The notes: generated by a model from the letters alone, not told the origin. DNA of 64,000 nucleotides from Gammaproteobacteria bacterium (GCA_033763845.1 JANRJR010000070.1:9718-73717); one strand, 5' to 3'; counted from the first letter of the stretch, positions 9,306 through 19,645 are shown. A program made the numbers and translations.

Positions 9306-10745
9306 TTATTTTTTTGGAATGAAACTCTTCACCAAAGCACCGGATTGATGATTAAAATGCTTCGCCACCATATCTCGGGCACAAATTGCTAGCTTACGAC
9401 TAAAGAAACCAATCTTCGCTAATTGATATCGGGTCTCATATCCTGACCGTACAAGAGATAAAATCATTACCATCAGATCAACCGGAAATGTCTTCTCACA
9501 AACCAAAGCCAGCGCAATAGCCGACCACGTTCGGGAGGAAATATTATTGTGAATGGCATTATTAAAATTCTTAAGTTTTATCAGTACAGTGGGAGGAGCA
9601 GTATCCTTATCGTCCGATGGATGCATCGGCGCACTAAAAACATACCCATTTCCCAAGGTTACTACGTGAGACAAACTATATTCTCGATGAGCACGGTAAC
9701 AGTCAGAAACCGTTAGAACTCCATCTTTTTCCATACTCAAAAGATGTTTTTGGCTCAAACCTTCAACAAGCACCTGCGTAGGTGACAAAGAAGTAAATCG
9801 TTCACATACCGCTGGATTCAACGAAGCAGAAGAAAAAGGACTATCGCGTTTTACTCTATAATCAACTCGTTCTGTTCTAATATTATAGATCAGCGTATCA
9901 TTATCGTAACCAATGCGCCCGCCATCACTATCACAAAGTAAAATTTGATCGTCACTTATTCTACCCAATACAGTAATTTTTCTTTCCTTTCCGTTTGGAC
10001 TAGAAATGGAACTGATTTTTTGACCCGTGATAATGTCTATGACAGTAAGAAAATTTTCCTCAGGAGGGAGAATAATGAGTTTATCCGAGTGGATACTTTT
10101 TTTTGTTTTATAATTAATAAGGGCTTTATCCTCGAATTCCCAAGACTTTTCTAATCGATCTTCCAGAATATTCCAACAACACACTATTCCTGCTTGACCG
10201 TGAATTGCGAGAAAAGAACCTTCATTTAAAAATTGTAAAAGAGAGATAGATCCTAATTCACTGTTACCTCTTCCCTCCACGGCTAAACATTTTCCGGTAT
10301 CTATAAACCATACATACAAAGCCCCAAACATACTTTGGTTAAATAATACTATTTTAGGACTGGATAGGACGGTTACTAATCCCGGCCTCACACCGTTGAA
10401 TTGATCAAATTGAATGGAGCTCAAAAATTTCAATCTTTCTTTCTGGATTTCAAAAAAATGGACTCCCATTTCACGAGAGTCTAAACGAAAAGAGGACGCA
10501 ACAAGATAATGATCGTCTGTCCACAAAAAGTGATCTTGTCTCTTATTAAAAAAATCTGCGTCCTCTTCGAACAATTTAAAATGCTTCTCTTTCTTAGAAA
10601 TAGGATCGAACTGGTATACTCCTGCCCTCAAAGAGTGATAGTAGACATACCGGCATTTATTCTGATCATTGGATGGGATACATCTTCCCCCGAGATCGTT
10701 GTCTAGCGCCTCATACTCATAAACTCTCTCTTTTTCACGTGACAT
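9306..10745 (-). CDS. hypothetical protein, probable beta-propeller (WD40-like) with C-terminal F-box-like motif
   Basis: 479-aa ORF with repeated G..G.I.CW / DGGRIGYD segments. C-terminal TFPVDLMVMILSLV resembles the LPxEIL..IL F-box core. The only gene between att-like copies 2 and 3. Confidence 0.5.
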   Translation of the reverse strand: MSREKERVYEYEALDNDLGGRCIPSNDQNKCRYVYYHSLRAGVYQFDPISKKEKHFKLFEEDADFFNKRQDHFLWTDDHYLVASSFRLDSREMGVHFFEIQKERLKFLSSIQFDQFNGVRPGLVTVLSSPKIVLFNQSMFGALYVWFIDTGKCLAVEGRGNSELGSISLLQFLNEGSFLAIHGQAGIVCCWNILEDRLEKSWEFEDKALINYKTKKSIHSDKLIILPPEENFLTVIDIITGQKISSISSPNGKERKITVLGRISDDQILLCDSDGGRIGYDNDTLIYNIRTERVDYRVKRDSPFSSASLNPAVCERFTSLSPTQVLVEGLSQKHLLSMEKDGVLTVSDCYRAHREYSLSHVVTLGNGYVFSAPMHPSDDKDTAPPTVLIKLKNFNNAIHNNISSRTWSAIALALVCEKTFPVDLMVMILSLVRSGYETRYQLAKIGFFSRKLAICARDMVAKHFNHQSGALVKSFIPKK

Positions 10746-10870
10746 TCAAATCTCCTGCTAAACTTTTTCAGACTGAATTTTATCATTTTTTGATTTTAAA
10801 AAGGCAAACTGAGTATCTTAAGCAAAGCATAATAAGGTGCCCGAGAGCGGATGAGGGGAAAAAATAAAAC

Positions 10871-10950
10871 TGGTGGCCGAAGGTGGAATCGAACCACCGA
10901 CACAAAGATTTTCAGTCTAACGATGAAAATCTAAATTGTTGTTTTATATA
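10871..10950 (-). repeat. att-like repeat copy 3: tRNA-Phe-like 3' half
   Basis: Same 52-bp core starting exactly at TGG. The flank diverges after ~30 bp. Confidence 0.7.
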
Positions 10951-11158
10951 TAACTACGCACCTTGGCAACCCTTACAGAATGCTGAACGATGCGTAACGA
11001 TGTTGTACTCATTCACGAAAAACTCACGAGCGACTATTGTCTCTTTACCTGGGTGTGTTCTCATTTAAAATTTAATCGAGAGGCCTTAATCTGACTCTAG
11101 TTAAAAAAATCCATTTAGCTAAAATAGTTTTATTACCCTATGATGCGAGAATCATCCG

Positions 11159-12088
11159 ATGCCAAACAATTTTCCTCAATTTGAACCACATCCACACATC
11201 AACAGCTCCATTTATGAAGTAGCCTTACGCTTAGCGGCATTTGACGCAAACGATAAGTTTTATGCTACCGGAACCAGCGTGGCCATTGCAGGAAACTTAC
11301 TCCTAGCAGCCAAACACGTGATAGACGATTTCCTCAAGGAATTTAATTGCTCATATAATGAGAAAGCAAACATTACCATATGGGCCGTACAAATCACCAA
11401 TGACAAAGATTTATATGCCATTTGGGAATGCACCGAGATATTTTCGTGGGAAAATTCAGACATTGCGATCCTGCGCATAGCTCCACTTAATGACATAGCG
11501 GCCAAGCGAAAAGCGTTAACCTCCTGCCAATTGTCATTTCTTCCCCCTAAGCAGGGAGATAACATCGTAGCATTTGGGTACAAAGGGTTAAGCAGAGATT
11601 CTTGTAAGATCACAAGAGACGGTACAGGCACCAAACATTTTGATATTCAGGACGAGCCCCACGTCACCACAGGAAAAATCCTAGATGTTTATAACAATGT
11701 AAAAAATCCTTCTCGTATACCAGCACCGTGTTTTGCTACGGAGGCAAGAGTAGATGGCGGGATGAGCGGTGGGCCTGTATTTACAGAAAATGGATTACTT
11801 TGCGGAATATTAAGCACATCTTTCGACGTTACTGATGGAGAACTTAACACTTCCTTTGTAAGCCTTTTATGGCCCATGTTAGCGATAAAACTCCCCCTCT
11901 CAAAAGATAGAGGCTCGCAAACAACTGAATACTCTATACAAGAATTGGTGCAAAAAGGGCTTATATCAGGAACTGGATGGGAGCATTTTATTATTAATGA
12001 AAAGCTAGGCTTTATTTCACCCCCCGAAGAAGACAACGATCAGGCTTTAGCAAAATACGGCTGGATGACTTCAACTTTTATCCTGTAG
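11159..12088 (+). CDS. trypsin-like serine peptidase domain protein
   Basis: Catalytic-triad-like motifs in order: GTSVAIAGNLLLAAKHV (His), DIAILRIAP (Asp), GGMSGGPVF (Ser). Confidence 0.75.
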   Translation: MPNNFPQFEPHPHINSSIYEVALRLAAFDANDKFYATGTSVAIAGNLLLAAKHVIDDFLKEFNCSYNEKANITIWAVQITNDKDLYAIWECTEIFSWENSDIAILRIAPLNDIAAKRKALTSCQLSFLPPKQGDNIVAFGYKGLSRDSCKITRDGTGTKHFDIQDEPHVTTGKILDVYNNVKNPSRIPAPCFATEARVDGGMSGGPVFTENGLLCGILSTSFDVTDGELNTSFVSLLWPMLAIKLPLSKDRGSQTTEYSIQELVQKGLISGTGWEHFIINEKLGFISPPEEDNDQALAKYGWMTSTFIL

Positions 12089-12099
12089 ATCTACACCTC

Positions 12100-12122
12100 T
12101 AGCGGAGTTCCGCTAACTTTTC
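12100..12122 (+). terminator. candidate rho-independent terminator
   Basis: tagcgg-agtt-ccgcta hairpin followed by acttttctcc, 12 nt after the peptidase stop codon. Confidence 0.35.
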
Positions 12123-12464
12123 TCCCGTAAATCTACACCTAAGAGACAACAGATACATCAGCCAGCTTGCTATGCGCATCAGGTTATATATGACAATTCA
12201 AGTTACTTGAGCAAAGCCTAGTACCGCCTCAATATCTTTTTAATCATAAACTCTGCAAATTAGCTGTCCTGTGAACGTCACATGAACACCTAAGTATTTT
12301 CTTGGGACCGCCCTTACCAGTAGCTGGTAATGATCTGAGAAGCTGTAATCACGGGGAACATTATTTTTTAAGTGATCATGCTCGTCTTTCTTGAGAACCT
12401 TAAATACTGAAATACCACACTCACAAAACCAACTTTTGATTAAAAATCACATTAAGATAATTTA

Positions 12465-12722
12465 TTATTTAGCTGAGTCACCTAACATCCAAACTCGTGA
12501 TACAGCATCGCAATTGGGTTTATCACTATTATTCATACAATACTCTACGGCTTCACTCCACAGCTGTGTTTTTTGGTCGTATTGTTTAACCCAAAAAGTT
12601 TGGCTCATGTCTGAGTAAACTGTAGAACTTTCCAGTTTTTGCATAGGCGTTTTACTACAACTCGCCAATAGCATTACCATCAAGAACAAAAAAAACCTTG
12701 AAAAATGAATTATTTTTTTCAT
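12465..12722 (-). CDS. small lipoprotein
   Basis: Signal peptide with a LLASC lipobox. Confidence 0.5.
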   Translation of the reverse strand: MKKIIHFSRFFLFLMVMLLASCSKTPMQKLESSTVYSDMSQTFWVKQYDQKTQLWSEAVEYCMNNSDKPNCDAVSRVWMLGDSAK

Positions 12723-12779
12723 CTGTTTTCCTCCATAACTTCATCGTAATTACATACTACCGCGAGAACGGGAACGCAT

Positions 12780-13028
12780 TCAAATAGGAGAGCTACAAAT
12801 TGTTCGCAACTTCTCTAAAAATGAAAAGAATTTATCGCTTAAAATTGAGTAAGTTGAAAATTTTTCCACTTCGGTATCAAGTCCGATAAACACTATTTCT
12901 ACACACATCAGCGATTTCTTATTTTCACTAAACTTATATTCGCGAACAAAGATTATTTCCGCTCGATTCGAACTAGTAATATTCGGTATTAAATCTTTAA
13001 TTATCCCAACGTATTTTGTCATCTTCAC
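12780..13028 (-). CDS. hypothetical protein
   Basis: 82-aa ORF with no recognisable motif. Confidence 0.3.
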   Translation of the reverse strand: MKMTKYVGIIKDLIPNITSSNRAEIIFVREYKFSENKKSLMCVEIVFIGLDTEVEKFSTYSILSDKFFSFLEKLRTICSSPI

Positions 13029-13416
13029 TGTAATTCTCCTTTTCTAAAACTTTACAGTTCAATCACACACTATTTTTAATGATCCGCCAGACCCTAACGC
13101 CTGACGGATCCCTTGGTTAACTTATAAGAATTATTATGTTATTAGAATCTGCATTTTTTATTATTTCATTTCGACTGCACGTTTTTGTTTAATTGAGTAT
13201 TAGTATTTAGTTATGGATGTTTTAATTATTTGTAGTCATTTTAATTATTGATTTTAAAAAAATGAACGGGTAACGATTCCTACTTGACAAGAGAAAATAA
13301 CCAAAAATAAAAAAATATTTTTTATCTCAATCACAGTAAATTAGAGTGTTTTTACTTAAAAAACATGTGGAATGAATTGTCGACATCGAATACTGAATTA
13401 ACTAATGAAAATTAGG

Positions 13417-13779
13417 CTAACTGAACTCTTTAAGATTAATTCCCTCAGGAATTACATTGACCATACCGTCTTTTATAGCTTTCTCTATTAAACGCGCTCT
13501 GCAATGACAACCTAATTTTTCTTTTAATATTTGTACGAATTTCTCTACAGTTTTGGAGGTGATTCCCATTCGCGAAGCAATTACTTTAGCAGTCATGCCT
13601 TTCAACACATAGAACAGACATTCTGACTCCCTTTTCGTCAAATTATATTTATAATAATTTTTGCCAAAATTTATTGCTGGAAAATGCCGAAATTGAACCC
13701 AGCTATTCGCATCCATCATCTCTCTGCTCTCTAGCACCACACCTGCTTGAAGAGTATATATCTCACTTAAAATCACCAT
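13417..13779 (-). CDS. LuxR-family HTH regulator
   Basis: C-terminal LuxR-type HTH: LTKRESECLFYVLKGMTAKVIASRMGITSKTVEKFVQILKEKLG. Confidence 0.7.
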   Translation of the reverse strand: MVILSEIYTLQAGVVLESREMMDANSWVQFRHFPAINFGKNYYKYNLTKRESECLFYVLKGMTAKVIASRMGITSKTVEKFVQILKEKLGCHCRARLIEKAIKDGMVNVIPEGINLKEFS

Positions 13780-13884
13780 AATGTCGTCAACCCAGCGTGT
13801 TCTTGCATCATTTTAACTTCCATGAGATATGACCTTTTTACTAAAACAGTTTCTACACAACACAAGATTTCCATAAACGATTTA

Positions 13885-13939
13885 CCATATATGGTAAATA
13901 TGGCTTGGCATCATGTCAAGAAAAAATTTCCATATATGG
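13885..13939. promoter_or_regulatory. two copies of the 10-bp palindrome CCATATATGG in the divergent LuxR / cI-like intergenic region
   Basis: 13885-13894 and 13930-13939, both preceded by ttt(a/c). A third partial copy (tatggtatga) lies near 13951. Confidence 0.35.
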
Positions 13940-14017
13940 TTTTGTTTTTTATGGTATGATGTTTCTGACTAAATCAATCTGAGCGATACATTGAAAAGAC
14001 CCAAGGAATTTTGAATC

Positions 14018-14653
14018 GTGCCAAAATTTTCGATAAAAAAATTTCGTGAAAACCTCACCCACCTTATGGATGCGGCAAAAATTTCTATGACGGAACTCTA
14101 TAAAAACACAAACATCCCTATTACAACAATTCAACGCCTAAGAAATGATCCAAAAGCAAATCCCACTATTAGCTCTTTAAAACCTATAGCAGATTTCTTT
14201 AGCCTAACAATAGATGAACTAATTTCTGGTGACTTAACCAAACTTTCTACAAAAAAAGGCGTCTATAAAGAAAATAAGCAATATTGGACAAAAGTGCCGA
14301 TTTTAACATGGAAAGAAGCCATCAATTGGAAAGCACACCTTAAAAAAGAAAGCCCTGTCGTTACTACCGACATTGATATTAGCTCGAGCGCCTATGCTTT
14401 AAAAATTGAAGAAGATTTAGATGATGGGTTTAGGAAAAATTCAACTATCATTATCGACCCAGAAGTTGAAGCAGAAAATATGGACTACCTTATCTCTTAT
14501 AAAAGTGACTCTAAATTACCAATTTTAAAACAACTTCGCGAACATGATGGAGACTTGTACCTAAAACCATTAGTCAGGGGAATAGCACCAACACCTTTCA
14601 AAGAAGAATATATAGTATTAGGCGTTGTTCGACAGATAAAACTAGATCTTTAA
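14018..14653 (+). CDS. XRE-family HTH / S24 (LexA/cI-like) regulator
   Basis: N-terminal HTH (ISMTELYKNTNIPITTIQRLRND) and C-terminal S24-like beta-domain (IIIDPEVEAE...DLYLKPL). The Ser/Lys dyad is not obvious. Confidence 0.7.
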   Translation: MPKFSIKKFRENLTHLMDAAKISMTELYKNTNIPITTIQRLRNDPKANPTISSLKPIADFFSLTIDELISGDLTKLSTKKGVYKENKQYWTKVPILTWKEAINWKAHLKKESPVVTTDIDISSSAYALKIEEDLDDGFRKNSTIIIDPEVEAENMDYLISYKSDSKLPILKQLREHDGDLYLKPLVRGIAPTPFKEEYIVLGVVRQIKLDL

Positions 14654-14697
14654 TAATCACGGTGGGATATATTGTTATAACTTTATCGGAGCGTGAA

Positions 14698-15402
14698 ATG
14701 TATAAAACTGAGACCGAAAAAACTATTCTTTGCTTTGGCGATTCTAATACCTGGGGTTATGTTACGGGTTCCATAGACTTAGATACACTATTGGCAAAAA
14801 GATTTGCATTCAATAAGCGTTGGCCGGGTGTACTTCAGCAAGAACTAGCAGAACCATACCGAATTATTGAGGCTGGATTAAACGGGCGTACAACAAATAT
14901 TGATGATCCGGAATGGCCAGACCGCAATGGCTTATCTGCATTACCTATATTATTAGAATCAAACTCTCCGATTGATATGATTATCGTGATGCTCGGCACT
15001 AATGACATGAAAAGTCGCTTCAATCGCACTGCGAGCGACATTATTTCTGGCATGAGCGAGATAATCGACAAAATAAGAAGCCTGAAATTTATATCGGGCG
15101 AATCTGAAACGAAAATATTAGTGATTTCACCCCCCATAGTTACTAAAGAAGATGGATTTGGCGAAGACTTTAAAAATGCGAACAAAAAATCATCTGAATA
15201 TGCGCAACAACTTAAGCACCTGTGCAAACAAAAAAGCTGTTATCACTTAGATGCGTCAGAGTTAAAGTTTTCAGAAATTGATGGCGTGCATTTAGAAGAA
15301 AGGTCGCATCAGTTGTTGGGACAAAAGATTGCGAGAGCAGTTAAAGAGATAAATCACGAGCTTAAACCCACTCCTTCTCAACGGTTTAGCTATAACCAGT
15401 GA
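14698..15402 (+). CDS. SGNH/GDSL hydrolase
   Basis: Blocks ILCFGDSNTWGY, GLNGRTT, GTND and DGVHL. Start at the ATG after ggag. Confidence 0.8.
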   Translation: MYKTETEKTILCFGDSNTWGYVTGSIDLDTLLAKRFAFNKRWPGVLQQELAEPYRIIEAGLNGRTTNIDDPEWPDRNGLSALPILLESNSPIDMIIVMLGTNDMKSRFNRTASDIISGMSEIIDKIRSLKFISGESETKILVISPPIVTKEDGFGEDFKNANKKSSEYAQQLKHLCKQKSCYHLDASELKFSEIDGVHLEERSHQLLGQKIARAVKEINHELKPTPSQRFSYNQ

Positions 15403-16531
15403 TTGAGCAAGACTGTTCTTCTGTTTTATTCAACTGGTCCTTAATCACTATTTTGCGTAATTTTTTCCTGAATGGTTTTTCAATGAAAAAATAACTCATC
15501 GAAGCAATAATTATTAGAGAGATGATTTGGCTTAAATATAATGCAAACGTTTGATAAGAATTAAGCCATAATATTTTTTGTGAAAATAGATTATTCGACA
15601 TTAGCTGAAATGGAAACTGCATTATGTAAAGAGAATATGACATCTCTCCAAGATAGGCTAACGGTTTTAAGTTTAGAAAATTAGTCACAAAACCTTTGGA
15701 GAGTGTGACAAGCGGGACAAGCGCAAACAACGGGATTAATATAAAAACACCATTAACTCTTAAAAACAAAAATAAAATGAGTAGTATTACTGATAGCACA
15801 CTGAGAAAATCATATAGAAAACTTTGTTTTTGATTCTTGATCAAGGTAAAAAAAACGTAGCCAATTATAAATTCAGATGCACCTCGTATCAGTCCGTATT
15901 TTTCGCCATGAAGATTAAAAAAATTTGGATCAGTTACAGTGAAGTAGCCAAGTACCGAGCTTGCTGATAAAAACAAAATGAGCATTAAATATTTCTTATC
16001 AACTCTTCCGGACACATAAAATAATAGCGGGCTAGTAATATATAGAAACCACTCAACGCTTACCGACCAACCTGGAAAATTCCAAGACCATTTCGTAAAC
16101 CCCAAGAAGGACCATGCCTGCATCATAACTGCATTGAGAAATAGATATTTATAGCCGTAGTCACCAAAACCTATGACAAACTTAGTAAGCGAACCGCACA
16201 TAAAAAACAAAAATACTATGAATAGGCCAAATATGTAGGCAGGATAGATTCTAGCGATTCTATTTTTTAAAAAATTACAATAATCCCTGAAATTTATAGT
16301 GCTAAACTGTTTGTAGTACCTATGAGCCAAAATGAGACCGCTTAAAATAAAGAAAGGTTCGACCCCAAAATATCCTCGATGAATTATTGGCTCCATAAAA
16401 CCTAAATTGAGCCCAGCAGAAACATTCAAATAGAGCGAATAGTGAAATGCTATTACCCACAGAGCTGCAATTCCACGAATACCATATAAGGGTTTAATTA
16501 CACTGTATGAGCTTGAAATGTCTGTGCTCAT
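15386..16531 (-). CDS. acyltransferase family 3 membrane protein
   Basis: Multi-TM protein with an AT3 N-terminus (LYGIRGIAALWVIAFHY). Converges on the SGNH gene with a 17-nt overlap. Confidence 0.85.
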   Translation of the reverse strand: MSTDISSSYSVIKPLYGIRGIAALWVIAFHYSLYLNVSAGLNLGFMEPIIHRGYFGVEPFFILSGLILAHRYYKQFSTINFRDYCNFLKNRIARIYPAYIFGLFIVFLFFMCGSLTKFVIGFGDYGYKYLFLNAVMMQAWSFLGFTKWSWNFPGWSVSVEWFLYITSPLLFYVSGRVDKKYLMLILFLSASSVLGYFTVTDPNFFNLHGEKYGLIRGASEFIIGYVFFTLIKNQKQSFLYDFLSVLSVILLILFLFLRVNGVFILIPLFALVPLVTLSKGFVTNFLNLKPLAYLGEMSYSLYIMQFPFQLMSNNLFSQKILWLNSYQTFALYLSQIISLIIIASMSYFFIEKPFRKKLRKIVIKDQLNKTEEQSCSITGYS

Positions 16532-17229
16532 TCAGAATTACTTATCAGGCGATTTGCGGTTGTAGCGTCTTGAGAAAGCTTATCAAAGGTTTCATCTAAC
16601 CCCTCTTTCATTTTTAAATAAATGACGAATAGGAATGCCGGATAAACCGAAATTAATGCGTACAACATTTTGATGGCATATGAAGCAATAATTATGTTGA
16701 GAATTTCATGAGCCGATAACGTCTGGCTGAAAGACAAAGGAAAGACGATTATAGAATTCACCAGCTCACCCACTGCGGTAGCACCAACGCTTCTTAAACA
16801 AAAATACTTCCCCTTCAAAAGAATTTTCCATTTTGATATCGCATATATATTTACCCAAGAACCAACTAAAATTCCGACAAGTGCGATAAAAGTGAAGCGT
16901 AAATCCTGACCTAAGACTTGTTGATAGGCGTTCGTATTATTGTAAAACGTTGCTGAAGGAACTTTAATTGCGCCATTGGTGATTATTGAAAAAAGAAAAC
17001 AGCTAAGAAAAGTATAAATTAATAGCTTCTGAGCCTCTTTTGGACCATAAACCTCAGACACGACATCCCCTATCAAAAAGAGCAAAGGAAATGTCCATAA
17101 GCATGAAGAGATAACGATGCCATGCCATTCTATAATCTTGTTCGTCAATACAAGAGAGGTAAGGCAGATTGTCGTGAAGATAACGATTAAATATGAGGAA
17201 GGCTTTCTTGTCTTGTTGACATAAATCAT
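16528..17229 (-). CDS. queuosine precursor transporter (YhhQ/DUF165 family)
   Basis: Multi-TM protein with FLIGDVVSEVYGPKEAQK (DUF165 motif FL..D...E.YG). Confidence 0.65.
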   Translation of the reverse strand: MIYVNKTRKPSSYLIVIFTTICLTSLVLTNKIIEWHGIVISSCLWTFPLLFLIGDVVSEVYGPKEAQKLLIYTFLSCFLFSIITNGAIKVPSATFYNNTNAYQQVLGQDLRFTFIALVGILVGSWVNIYAISKWKILLKGKYFCLRSVGATAVGELVNSIIVFPLSFSQTLSAHEILNIIIASYAIKMLYALISVYPAFLFVIYLKMKEGLDETFDKLSQDATTANRLISNSE

Positions 17230-17462
17230 ACGAAGTTGAGCTCCTTAATAATGTGGCTTCATCGGTTCAGATTTGGCGTCGATTACTAAAATTGAGTTAT
17301 GCGCTCAAGAAATACACATGATTGCTCTTCAGTTAGGGGGGATTATAATTCTTTCCCCGTAAAAGTACTATAAGACGTTAGTTCTGTTAATAGTACAGAC
17401 ACCCTTGGTTGGGCTATAATTACAGCAATGGAGAATAACCTCATATGAAAGGATGAATCGTT

Positions 17463-17966
17463 ATGAATGAGAGATTTTCAAATTTTTTCAAATATGCCCT
17501 ATTAGTTTTTAGCGAATATAAAAAAATAACAAACCCAGAGTCTAATTTGGGTCAGATAAAGATAGTTGACAGTCATATTTGTGAAAATACAGATCAAACC
17601 CTTTTCACTATCCAATTGTTTGGAAAAAACGTATTTCCCATATTGAGCGCGAAAGAACTTGCTGAAGATGAGGATATTCTCATGCGTTTTTCAAAGGCGG
17701 ACTTAAAAAAAATTGTGGAATCGGCGAAAAATGACGAAACCAAGCTGAGCAAATTGAATGAAAAAACTATAGATGCTGTAATTTTTGATCCGTCGACAAA
17801 AAAACGTTTTTATTCATTTGCCATCAAAAAAGGAAATATCGTTGAGACAAAGCGGTTTTCAGCACAGGAAATTTATTCAAACAAAGAATTTTTATTGAAT
17901 ATGGATAAATATTCAATAGCAGACGTTTCTTATGAAGCTGGCAAAGAAAATCAAAGCGGTAGCTAA
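17463..17966 (+). CDS. hypothetical protein
   Basis: 167-aa hydrophilic ORF with no recognisable motif. Confidence 0.45.
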   Translation: MNERFSNFFKYALLVFSEYKKITNPESNLGQIKIVDSHICENTDQTLFTIQLFGKNVFPILSAKELAEDEDILMRFSKADLKKIVESAKNDETKLSKLNEKTIDAVIFDPSTKKRFYSFAIKKGNIVETKRFSAQEIYSNKEFLLNMDKYSIADVSYEAGKENQSGS

Positions 17967-17984
17967 TAAAAGATACACAGCGTT

Positions 17985-18497
17985 TTATTTGTCTAAAGAA
18001 AACCCACGCCAATATTGCACCTTATAAAGCAGATATTTTTTATCAACCATTCCCCAATACCGTGAATCCCAACTATCTGGGGAACTAACCCCTATCAGCC
18101 AGTATTTATTAATATTTTTATAAATCCCTCGCGAAAACTTTGCTAACTTACGCCCCTCACTATCAAAATTTTTAGTACCATAGGGCAAAATTTTATCATT
18201 CACGATGATTTCATCATCTTTTAGAATAACAATATCTCCAGGCATGGCAATAATTGTTTTAATCAGTGGCGCCGTTTCACCACATCGAATACCTGGCAAC
18301 AGATAAGCACGCTTTAAACCTATCTGCTGAATTTTAGATGGCAAACAGACCGCAACAATATCACCTCTTTGAAATTGAACATTTCTTTTAATTTTATAAA
18401 TACCTAATGGCTCGCTAGGTGACACATTTATAATGTAACTCTGAGATATGTAATCCAGAACAATAAAAAATAATATCGTTATGATTATTTTTGCTTT
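17985..18497 (-). CDS. traF: conjugative signal peptidase TraF (S26 family)
   Basis: N-terminal TM, then an S26-like core, then a C-terminal SPDSWDSRYWG motif. Start at the internal ATG (MKAKIIITILFF). Confidence 0.7.
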   Translation of the reverse strand, partial: KAKIIITILFFIVLDYISQSYIINVSPSEPLGIYKIKRNVQFQRGDIVAVCLPSKIQQIGLKRAYLLPGIRCGETAPLIKTIIAMPGDIVILKDDEIIVNDKILPYGTKNFDSEGRKLAKFSRGIYKNINKYWLIGVSSPDSWDSRYWGMVDKKYLLYKVQYWRGFSLDK

Positions 18498-18699
18498 CAT
18501 GCTTAATTCACTCAATAAACAATCTTATGATCAGCATACCAAAACAGAGCCCATTAGAGAGGGAGCATTAGGCTCAAAACAGAATTTTTACCCAATTGGC
18601 TCCGTCTAAACCACACAATTCCATAATCGAGCTCCTTTCTATACGTTAATATTGAAATAATCGGACTGGCTTGTATAAGTGAATGGAGAATTCAAACAT

Positions 18700-19038
18700 C
18701 TAGCAACTTGAGCAAGTTTTTCCAAGATTTTTTAGATCAGAGGAGAAAGGTTTATCCTTTTGATTCATCTCGGCGAAAAATGAAAGAGTTTTCTTTGCCC
18801 AATCAGGAAGATCATTGCTGATATGATAATACATCCAAGTACCTCTGCGAGTGGCTGTCACGACTTTATACTTTCGCAGCAAAGCTAAATGCCTAGATAT
18901 TTTTGGCTGTATCATTTTTAAAGCGTCAATAAGGTCACAAACACACAGCTCTCCTTTTTCCTGAAGCAAAAAAAGGCATCGCAAACGCGTTTCATCTGAC
19001 AACAATGTAAAAAAAATTTCTGGTTTAATCATGCGCAA
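18700..19038 (-). CDS. arsR: ArsR/SmtB metalloregulator
   Basis: ELCVCDL metal-binding motif within a winged HTH. Confidence 0.85.
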   Translation of the reverse strand: MRMIKPEIFFTLLSDETRLRCLFLLQEKGELCVCDLIDALKMIQPKISRHLALLRKYKVVTATRRGTWMYYHISNDLPDWAKKTLSFFAEMNQKDKPFSSDLKNLGKTCSSC

Positions 19039-19097
19039 ATTTATAACACCTTTTAGTTTTGATTTATAGTTTTAGAAAGATCGTGCCCCCACGCTTT

Positions 19098-19538
19098 CTA
19101 AAGTTTCGGTGTCCATTTCTTCGTAGGCTTGAACTCATCAATTATTGTTGCAATACGCTTACCTATTTCATCTCGCACTTTACTAAATGCCTTCATGATT
19201 TGATCTTCGTCTCCAACAGCTTTCGCCGGATCTTCAAATGGATAATGTCTTTTTTGCTTATTGGGAGGAAGAACCGGACAATGCTCATCTGCGTGACCAC
19301 ACAATGTGATTACAAGATCTGCCCACTCTAGCATCTCTTTAGTAAGAACCTTAGATTGTTGTTCTGAAATATCAATTCCAATTTCTTTCATAGTTTGAAC
19401 TGCACGTGGATTAACACCGTGTGCTACTAATCCTGCGGATTTAACTTCACAAAATCCCTCACCAAATCGTTTCGCATAACCTTCGGCAATTTGAGAACGA
19501 CACGCATTGCCCGTACAAACAAATAAAATTTTCATCAC
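19098..19538 (-). CDS. arsC: arsenate reductase, LMW-PTP family
   Basis: MKILFVCTGNACRSQIAEG P-loop. Downstream Cys residues. Confidence 0.9.
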   Translation of the reverse strand: MMKILFVCTGNACRSQIAEGYAKRFGEGFCEVKSAGLVAHGVNPRAVQTMKEIGIDISEQQSKVLTKEMLEWADLVITLCGHADEHCPVLPPNKQKRHYPFEDPAKAVGDEDQIMKAFSKVRDEIGKRIATIIDEFKPTKKWTPKL

Positions 19539-19645
19539 GGAACCTCTCTGTTAATTCATTGTCGTCTTAATAAAAATACTCCCAACAAATAAAACTATTC
19601 AATCATTGAATCTTTCATCTGCTGGGAGAAAAACTTATCAATTAC

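Noticed and set aside
11260-12036. ORFs 11260-11634 and 11689-12036 on the minus strand
   Set aside because: Entirely antisense within the well-supported trypsin-like peptidase gene. Low-complexity translations.
8100-13400. CRISPR array or other periodic repeats in the AT-rich non-coding stretches
   Set aside because: No regularly spaced direct repeats with unique spacers were seen. The only repeats are the three att-like copies.
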